In this document: piece by piece, positions 34,813 to 41,069 of the stretch | How positions within the stretch are numbered: position 1 is the first letter of the stretch | Layout: the number at the start of each line of letters is the position of its first letter | Notes under the pieces: model-generated | The model's database searches: none | Told to the model about the DNA's origin: nothing | Seen by the model: only the letters and a program-made list of their open reading frames with translations | Program-made: the position numbers and the translations under genes | Virus record (IMG/VR): IMGVR_UViG_2541047748_000013 | Direction: 5' to 3' (one strand) | Length of the DNA stretch: 41,069 bases | Source of the DNA: a virus | Lineage: Duplodnaviria; Heunggongvirae; Uroviricota; Caudoviricetes

Positions 34813-34827
34813 TTACCTCAACGGTAA
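34813..34827. promoter_or_regulatory. TTACC-N5-GGTAA dyad just downstream of the PL-like -10
   Basis: TTACCTCAACGGTAA. Confidence 0.5.
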
Positions 34828-34846
34828 CAGACCGAGGTAACAAGTT

Positions 34847-35008
34847 ATGCAGTGGAAAATCATCAACGGTTGGTACTGCGTTACTGCATGCGGATTCATG
34901 AGCTGGAAGTTCCGCACCTTACAGGAAGGCATTAAGTGGGCTTTCGTCAGCAAAGAAGCTCGCGATGTGGCAAACGATAACGAGATATGGGAGGAGGTTA
35001 GCAAATGA
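34847..35008 (+). CDS. Small Trp-rich protein, first gene of early-left operon
   Basis: 53-codon ORF not in supplied track; GAGGT RBS 7 nt upstream; stop overlaps next start (ATGA). Confidence 0.4.
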   Translation: MQWKIINGWYCVTACGFMSWKFRTLQEGIKWAFVSKEARDVANDNEIWEEVSK

Positions 35009-36039
35009 GTGAATTATCAATCATCGAAATCACACCAGATATGGCACCAAGAATTTACGTTGAAAAAGGACTAGAAAAGTTTCTCGAGCAGATCCGCGAA
35101 GGTGTTAATGAAGTGCCTGACATTAGCACAGACAAAGGAAGAAAGCGCATTGCATCTCTGGCTGCGAAGGTTTCAAGAAGTAAAACAGCGGTAGAAAAAC
35201 CAGGACGTGATTATCTGAAACGCCTGAAAGAACAGCCGAAAGTAGTTGAAGCAGAGTTGCGACGCTTCGTAACCGAATGCGATCGGCTTCGTGATGAAGT
35301 ACGCCGCCCACTCACCGAGTGGGAAAATGCTGAGAAATTACGCACTGAAGCACTGCAACAACGCCTGACAAATTTGCGAGCACTGGCTGACGTGATCGAT
35401 CTCTCCGGAAACTACTTGCCATCATCTGATATTCAGGAACGAATTCAAGAGGCTAAATCAGTAGCACTTGATGAAAGTTGGCAGGAGTACGCAGCAGAAG
35501 CTGGAGTAGCCAAGGATTCAACCATCCAGAAACTGGAAGAATCACTCGCAGTAGCTCAAAAACGCGAGCATGAAGCCGCTGAGCTGGAGCGACTTCGCAA
35601 AGAAGCGGAGGAAAAAGCGCGCATTGAGCGAGAAGAGAATATCCGCCGGGAAGCTGCTGAACAGGCCAGGCTCGAAGCTGAACAAAAAGCGAAAGCTGAA
35701 ATTGATGCTGCGGCACGCCTGGCGGCGGAAGAAAAAGCACGTGCTGAAGTAGCAGAACGTCAGCGAATTGAAGCAGAGCAGCGTGCACGACGCGAAAAAG
35801 AAGAAGCCGTTGCCGAGGAACGCCGACGCCAAGAGGCGGAAGAAAAAGCCCGCCTTGACGAACAGAAGCGTATCGCCGACGAAGAAGCGCGCCGAGCTGC
35901 AGATAAAGAGCATCGCCGTACCGTTAACCGCAGAGTAATCGCAGATCTGATAGCCCAAGGCATTCCCGAAGAATTCGCGCAGAAAGCAATGTTGGCTATC
36001 GCTGGCGGCAAAGTGCAGGACGCGTATATCAAATATTGA
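35005..36039 (+). CDS. Coiled-coil protein with long EAR/K-rich repeat region, unknown function
   Basis: 344 aa; about 120-aa N-terminal domain followed by charged Ala/Glu/Arg/Lys low-complexity region. Confidence 0.55.
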   Translation: MSELSIIEITPDMAPRIYVEKGLEKFLEQIREGVNEVPDISTDKGRKRIASLAAKVSRSKTAVEKPGRDYLKRLKEQPKVVEAELRRFVTECDRLRDEVRRPLTEWENAEKLRTEALQQRLTNLRALADVIDLSGNYLPSSDIQERIQEAKSVALDESWQEYAAEAGVAKDSTIQKLEESLAVAQKREHEAAELERLRKEAEEKARIEREENIRREAAEQARLEAEQKAKAEIDAAARLAAEEKARAEVAERQRIEAEQRARREKEEAVAEERRRQEAEEKARLDEQKRIADEEARRAADKEHRRTVNRRVIADLIAQGIPEEFAQKAMLAIAGGKVQDAYIKY

Positions 36040-36040
36040 G

Positions 36041-36346
36041 GTGGGTATGAACGTTAATCAGCAGAAAAATCTTCAAAAAATCATGCTGGCATTCGACAAG
36101 GACTACCGCCTGTCAGAACAGCTATATGACCGACAAGTTGAACTGATCGATAGCATCCGGCTTCATCAACTGGCCTCAACTTTTGACGCTGTAACAGGCA
36201 AAGGAGTTCGCCAGGAAGTGCTGGAGGCTGCTAAAGACAGCCCTGAGTTCGAAGAACTGACAGATTCCTACCGGCGCGAGGCAATGGCAATTATCGCACG
36301 CTGGGATCTGGCGGATCGGATTGATGGGCAGAGGGAAGCGGCATGA
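36041..36346 (+). CDS. Hypothetical protein preceding the exonuclease
   Basis: 101 aa; 1-nt gap from previous gene, 4-nt overlap with next. Confidence 0.5.
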   Translation: MGMNVNQQKNLQKIMLAFDKDYRLSEQLYDRQVELIDSIRLHQLASTFDAVTGKGVRQEVLEAAKDSPEFEELTDSYRREAMAIIARWDLADRIDGQREAA

Positions 36347-37242
36347 TGCAGAACGCTGGAATCATGGATAGAACAAAATACATCGGAGGAAGCGATGTTG
36401 CAGGGATTCTTGGAATTAGCCCATGGCGCACCCCGCTTGAGGTTTATCTGGATAAGGTCCAGCCACGTGTCAAACCAGTAGACCCAAGCAAGCAGAAAGT
36501 TTTCACGCGTGGCCAGCGTATGGAGCCATACGTAATAGACCTGCTTTCTGAGGAAACAGGGATGGAAATCGTTCATCGCGGAAACCGCTATATCCACCGT
36601 GATTACGATTTTATTGCAGCTGAGATCGATGCAGAAGCAGCGTCAGGCGAGAACATTGAGATCAAAACAGTTAGTCCGTTCAAAGCCAAAGAATGGGGAG
36701 AAATCCAGACAGATGCAATTCCTGTGCATTACACGGCCCAGGCCATGCACGGGTTGATGGTTACAAACAAACAGGTATGCGTTTTCGGTGTGCTTATCGG
36801 TGGCGACGACTTCCGAATCTATCGGGTTGAGCGTGATGAAGAAACTATCCAGGCGATCTTAGAAAAAGAAATCGCTTTCTGGGACCGAGTGAAAAATCTT
36901 AACCCGCCGGAAGCTACCAGCGTAAGCGATGTATCGCTGATGTTTGAGAAAGATGCCGGGACAAGTATCGAGGCTGACGGAAAGGCACTCGCACTATTCA
37001 ACGATCTACGAGACATGAAGTCACGCAGAAAATCACTGGAAGAAGAAATAGCTATATCAGAAGAGAAGCTGAAGATGTACATGCAAGAGCACTCAGTCCT
37101 GACCCTGGACGGAAAGCCGCTCTGCACATGGAAATCTCAGATCAGCAACAGATTCGACCAGAAGCTATTCCAGTCAGTACACCCTGAGTTATTCGAAAAA
37201 TTCAAAACAACAACGACACAACGCGTCTTCAGAATGAAGTAA
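36343..37242 (+). CDS. YqaJ-type recombination exonuclease (lambda Exo-like)
   Basis: YIGGSDVAGILG motif and PD-(D/E)xK-like region; immediately upstream of RecT-like gene. Confidence 0.8.
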   Translation: MMQNAGIMDRTKYIGGSDVAGILGISPWRTPLEVYLDKVQPRVKPVDPSKQKVFTRGQRMEPYVIDLLSEETGMEIVHRGNRYIHRDYDFIAAEIDAEAASGENIEIKTVSPFKAKEWGEIQTDAIPVHYTAQAMHGLMVTNKQVCVFGVLIGGDDFRIYRVERDEETIQAILEKEIAFWDRVKNLNPPEATSVSDVSLMFEKDAGTSIEADGKALALFNDLRDMKSRRKSLEEEIAISEEKLKMYMQEHSVLTLDGKPLCTWKSQISNRFDQKLFQSVHPELFEKFKTTTTQRVFRMK

Positions 37243-37251
37243 GGAGAAAAA

Positions 37252-38274
37252 ATGTCTATCAATGCACTTAAGGCAGCGGCTACCGGTAACCAAGTTGCAC
37301 ATCATAATGAGAAACTAACAACTCTGGCCGGACTTCTGGCAGACCCAAAAATTAAAGCTCAGATGGCTTTGGCACTTCCAAAGCACATGACAGCAGACCG
37401 TCTGGCGCGCATAGCAACCACAGAGATCCGAAAGGTTCCAAAACTTGCATCATGCGACCAAGCCAGCTTCCTGGGGGCAATTATGCAATGTGCCCAATTG
37501 GGTCTTGAACCAGGCGGAGCTCTTGGACACGCTTACCTGATACCGTTCGACAAACGCCAGAAAGTAAATGGAAGATGGGAAACCGTATCTACAGAAGCAC
37601 AGCTGATTATCGGCTATCGCGGAATGATTGACCTTGCCCGCCGCTCTGGGCAGATCCTGAGTATCTCGGCTCGTACCGTACATACAAACGACAAATTCAG
37701 CTACTCATACGGCCTGGAAGAAACGCTCGAGCATTTACCTTGCGAAACAGGTGACCGCGGAGAATTAACGCACGTTTACGCCGTTGCACGACTGAAAGAT
37801 GGCGGAGTCCAATTTGAAGTTATGAGCCGGGCAGACATTGAGAAAGTTCGTGCACTGAGCAAAGCCGGTAGCAGTGGCCCATGGGTTGATCACTTCGATG
37901 AGATGGCTAAAAAAACAGTAATTCGCCGACTATTCAAATATCTTCCTGTTTCTATTGAAATGCAGAAGGCTGTTGTTATGGATGAGCGCGCTGAAGCTGG
38001 ACTTAGCCAAGATAACGCAGCTGTTATCACTGGTGAATATTCCGTAGTTGACGATGAGCGTCAACACCTGTCGCCAATTTCAGATTCAGAACGAGAAGAA
38101 GCTCGAGAATATATCATCGCGATACTTAATAGCCTGGATCCATCTGCTGAAGATGCAAAAACGATGTTCAAGCGCGCTGAAAATGAGATTAACACCATGG
38201 CTGAAAAGCTCGGTGATGAATATCACCAAAAATTCATGATGACGCTTAACGATATGCGTCCAGAATTCGAGTAA
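37252..38274 (+). CDS. recT: RecT-family single-strand annealing protein
   Basis: 340 aa; AAGGAG RBS; recalled RecT-like core (GYRGMIDLARRSG). Confidence 0.8.
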   Translation: MSINALKAAATGNQVAHHNEKLTTLAGLLADPKIKAQMALALPKHMTADRLARIATTEIRKVPKLASCDQASFLGAIMQCAQLGLEPGGALGHAYLIPFDKRQKVNGRWETVSTEAQLIIGYRGMIDLARRSGQILSISARTVHTNDKFSYSYGLEETLEHLPCETGDRGELTHVYAVARLKDGGVQFEVMSRADIEKVRALSKAGSSGPWVDHFDEMAKKTVIRRLFKYLPVSIEMQKAVVMDERAEAGLSQDNAAVITGEYSVVDDERQHLSPISDSEREEAREYIIAILNSLDPSAEDAKTMFKRAENEINTMAEKLGDEYHQKFMMTLNDMRPEFE

Positions 38275-38323
38275 CCACCACCGCGGTGCCACACGCGCCG
38301 CACTGCAACCAAGAGAGGTATTT

Positions 38324-38572
38324 ATGAAAGGTGCATTAGGTAAGAAGGAACTCCTGGCGGTGGTGCCACTGTCATGGAGCACTATCGACCGTATGGAGCG
38401 CGCAGGGGAATTTCCTAAACGCTGGTATATCACTGACAAACGCTGCGCATGGAACCGTGACGAAGTTGAGCGTTGGCTTGATGAACGTCAGGCAGCAAGC
38501 CCGGCAGAGTTCCAGGGTAAAAAACCTCCTGTTCAGCAACGTGTATATCGTCCTGTGAGCAACGCGGCATGA
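38324..38572 (+). CDS. AlpA-family regulator / excisionase-like protein
   Basis: 82 aa; MerR-type HTH pattern typical of AlpA/Xis; GAGG RBS. Confidence 0.65.
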   Translation: MKGALGKKELLAVVPLSWSTIDRMERAGEFPKRWYITDKRCAWNRDEVERWLDERQAASPAEFQGKKPPVQQRVYRPVSNAA

Positions 38573-38681
38573 GTGTGCTGCTAAGGCACTGGAGCAAATG
38601 GTCAGGATGGTACTTATTCCTGGCCTCTGTTTCAGCATGGCTTTATCTGCTGGCATTAATTTTCAGAGAGGGTTGGATTAA

Positions 38682-38981
38682 GTGAGAAAGTTAAGCCGAC
38701 TTGAAAAATATCACATGAACAAGGTTTCAATGCGCAGCCCTTCAAAGGTTGTTGCCGTTACTCCTGCGGCGATAGAGATCGAAAAACGCGCGATTGAAAG
38801 AGAGAAAAAAGGGCAATTCCGCATTGCCGCTCACCTTTGGCTTCAGTGTATGGATGTTGCTTCTGGTGATGTTGAACGTGCAAGGATCGCGGTTCGCAGG
38901 GACCAATGTATCACAAAAGGTAACGGCCTTCGCCGTGGCGACTATAGCGGCATAGGATGTTGTGGGGTGGTTTATGACTAA
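38682..38981 (+). CDS. Possible PerC/ANR-family regulator
   Basis: 99 aa; Trp/Arg pattern (RIAAHLWLQCMDV...ARIAVRRDQC) loosely resembles PerC; GTG start assumed. Confidence 0.4.
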   Translation: MRKLSRLEKYHMNKVSMRSPSKVVAVTPAAIEIEKRAIEREKKGQFRIAAHLWLQCMDVASGDVERARIAVRRDQCITKGNGLRRGDYSGIGCCGVVYD

Positions 38982-39624
38982 GAAATACACACTAATCTAT
39001 GCAGATCCACCCTGGGTATACCGGGACAAAGCCGCAGATGGTAATCGCGGTGCCGGTTTTAAATATCCGGTTATGAGTGTGCTGGATATCTGCCGCCTTC
39101 CTGTGTGGGATTTGGCCGATGAAAACTGTCTGTTGGCCATGTGGTGGGTGCCAACACAACCACTCGAAGCACTAAAAGTTGTTGAAGCCTGGGGATTCCG
39201 TCTGATGACCATGAAGGGCTTCACGTGGATAAAATGTGGTAGTCGACAACCAGATAAACTGGTTATGGGTATGGGACACATGACTCGCGCCAATAGTGAA
39301 GATTGCCTGTTTGCGGTAAAGGGAAAACTACCTACGCGCATTAATGCAGGGATCGTTCAGTCATTTACCGCACCGCGGCTTGAGCATTCAAGAAAGCCAG
39401 ATATCGTTCGTGAAAAACTTGTGCAATTATTAGGCGATGTTTCTCGCATTGAACTGTTCGCCCGCCAGACGTCTCATGGCTTCGATGTTTGGGGTAATCA
39501 GTGCGAAGACCCGGCAGTGCAACTACACCCTGGATACGCGTTGGATATTGGCGGATTAACAAATGCATTCAGCAATGCTCCGCTGTCACCAACAGACAAC
39601 CAGGGGCGGGAGCGTGCTGCATGA
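38974..39624 (+). CDS. MT-A70 family N6-adenine DNA methyltransferase (orphan)
   Basis: DPPW catalytic motif (YADPPWVY); no adjacent restriction endonuclease gene. Confidence 0.8.
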   Translation: MTKKYTLIYADPPWVYRDKAADGNRGAGFKYPVMSVLDICRLPVWDLADENCLLAMWWVPTQPLEALKVVEAWGFRLMTMKGFTWIKCGSRQPDKLVMGMGHMTRANSEDCLFAVKGKLPTRINAGIVQSFTAPRLEHSRKPDIVREKLVQLLGDVSRIELFARQTSHGFDVWGNQCEDPAVQLHPGYALDIGGLTNAFSNAPLSPTDNQGRERAA

Positions 39625-39815
39625 ACAGGGCATCACCAGCAGATTTAAGAAAATGCCTTGAAACTGCAAACATGCTTGCACACAGCGGGATCAGGTTTGT
39701 TCCAATTCCCGCTGTCACTGATGCTGAATTTGCAACACTGTCAGCAATATTCGAAAACAAAATTGAATCACTGGCAGCAGAAGCAGAGATGGAAGAAAAT
39801 CAGCAGAACTATTAA
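39621..39815 (+). CDS. Small hypothetical protein adjacent to integrase (DUF1382-like?)
   Basis: 64 aa; ATGA overlap with methyltransferase stop. Confidence 0.4.
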   Translation: MNRASPADLRKCLETANMLAHSGIRFVPIPAVTDAEFATLSAIFENKIESLAAEAEMEENQQNY

Positions 39816-39818
39816 ACG

Positions 39819-41069
39819 TTATTCCCCCGCCATCCACTTCTCAAACTTCGACGGGGAGAACGGAATCAGATCCGTATGCTCCCCGTCAATCCATGAATCA
39901 ATCATATCGGCCCACTGCTGCAACATGTAGGCGCGCTGTCTGGCGTATTCCGCTTTGTTATATACGGCGCGCACACCTTTCTGCTCATGTGCCAGAGCCT
40001 TTTCAATCCAGTCTGAAGGATAACCAGCCTCATGCAACAACGTACTGGCTGTACGGCGCATATCATGTACAGTGAAGTCCTGAATATGCTCACCATCTTC
40101 ATTTATTATTTTCACCGTTCTGTCGATCAGAGAGTTCAGCGCGGCATTAGATAATGGCTTCCGGAAATTGTAACGACCAGGAACCAGATATTCACTTCCA
40201 CCAGCGCACATCTGCAACCCGACCAATATATCCTGTGCCTGTTTAGGCAGGTAAATAACGTGCGCCCGGCTTCCCTTCATGCGGTCTGGAGGAATTGTCC
40301 ATGTCCATTTTTTAAAATCTATTTCATCCCACGTTGCATTGGTGAATTCGCCCTTACGAACCATAGTGATAAGCACCAGTTTTAAAGCCATTTTCATAGT
40401 GCCCATAGCACCAATGGCATCCAGCGTGCGGAAGAACAGGCCAATTTCTTCTGGTGTCAGTGTTCGCTCTCGTGGTTTAAATATGGCGATAGACGAAGGT
40501 TTAATGTCAGCCGCAGGATTAAACAAACCATGACCACGGTCATTGGCGTGACGGTATACGCTACTGATGATCTCCCTGGCCTGCACTGCTGTTGCCCGGC
40601 CACCGCGTTCGACAATCCGGTCACACAAATCACGAACCATCGATGTGGTAATTTCAGCCATCATTTTATTGCCAAGAACCGGAAGTATGTCACGGTCGAT
40701 CACCGCCTGTTTCATTGCGCGGGTACTGTCAGCCAGGATGACGTGTTTCATATAACTGTCGGTATGTACCGCAAACGTCTCGGCACCACGAATCTTTTTG
40801 ATACCGTCACGTTTAGCCGCAGCCGGTGACTGGCCTGCTTTAAGCAGCTTCTTTGCAGCAATCAGTTCTTCTCGCGCTTCTGCCAGGCTGATACCGTCAT
40901 GCCCATACTGCCCGATTACCAGTGTTTCGCGGCGACCGTTGATACGGTAGTCATAGCGAAACGAGACCGTGCCTGACGTAAGCACAGCTACATACAGCCC
41001 GTCACGATCGGAGACCTTGTACAGTTTGTCCTGCGGCTTGAGGTTTTTTAATTTTGTATCGGTAAGCAC
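39819..41069 (-). CDS. int: Tyrosine integrase, P4-type; 5' end runs off the window
   Basis: N-terminal LTDTKLKNLKP arm-binding-type motif; C-terminal R...HxxR...Y-type catalytic region (HDMRRTASTLL, VRAVY); ORF open at window edge. Confidence 0.85.
   Translation of the reverse strand: MLTDTKLKNLKPQDKLYKVSDRDGLYVAVLTSGTVSFRYDYRINGRRETLVIGQYGHDGISLAEAREELIAAKKLLKAGQSPAAAKRDGIKKIRGAETFAVHTDSYMKHVILADSTRAMKQAVIDRDILPVLGNKMMAEITTSMVRDLCDRIVERGGRATAVQAREIISSVYRHANDRGHGLFNPAADIKPSSIAIFKPRERTLTPEEIGLFFRTLDAIGAMGTMKMALKLVLITMVRKGEFTNATWDEIDFKKWTWTIPPDRMKGSRAHVIYLPKQAQDILVGLQMCAGGSEYLVPGRYNFRKPLSNAALNSLIDRTVKIINEDGEHIQDFTVHDMRRTASTLLHEAGYPSDWIEKALAHEQKGVRAVYNKAEYARQRAYMLQQWADMIDSWIDGEHTDLIPFSPSKFEKWMAGE

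Noticed and set aside
35453-36032. Minus-strand ORFs (35453-35788, 35542-35958, 35760-36032) antisense to the coiled-coil gene
   Set aside because: Generated by the low-complexity GAA/GCG-rich repeat region; Phe/Leu/Ser/Arg-rich translations without starts in context.
1-41069. CRISPR arrays, insertion sequences, transposases, toxin-antitoxin pairs, restriction endonucleases
   Set aside because: No direct-repeat/spacer array, no transposase-like ORF, and no recognisable nuclease or toxin domain was seen on either strand; the only repeats found are the operator dyads, the palindrome triplet and the ori iterons.

Overview
This window is almost entirely one integrated temperate prophage (about 1.29-41.07 kb) that reads as a chimera: a lambdoid regulatory backbone carrying a T7-like virion module. 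All calls rest on reading the translations and sequence by eye and on recalled family signatures; no database search was run. Layout, left to right: two convergent lipoprotein/secreted-protein genes (host flank or Bor-like morons); a minus-strand lysis cassette (Rz/Rz1, GH19 endolysin, two membrane proteins); a 1039-aa tailspike; a plus-strand island with a LexA box, a free-standing antirepressor C-domain paralogue, a Bro-N antirepressor and a small moron operon; then the minus-strand virion module (ejection proteins, tail tubular A/B-like, capsid, scaffold, portal), a tRNA-Arg(UCU) plus Gp49-like island, and terminase large and small subunits; a nin-like block, lambda P-like and O-like replication genes with origin iterons inside the O-like gene, and a Cro-like gene; divergently, a tandem-HTH repressor with no peptidase domain, followed by a recombination operon (YqaJ exonuclease, RecT), AlpA-like excisionase, MT-A70 methyltransferase and a 5'-truncated tyrosine integrase at the right edge. 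The most notable non-coding signals are a 15-bp TTACC-N5-GGTAA dyad found at about 13 sites in front of nearly every operon, and a 12-bp palindrome GTGACATGTCAC present three times, each at a gene 3' end next to an intrinsic terminator. The best candidate for a new system is the SOS/antirepressor induction circuit; no CRISPR array, IS element or known toxin/defence gene was recognised.
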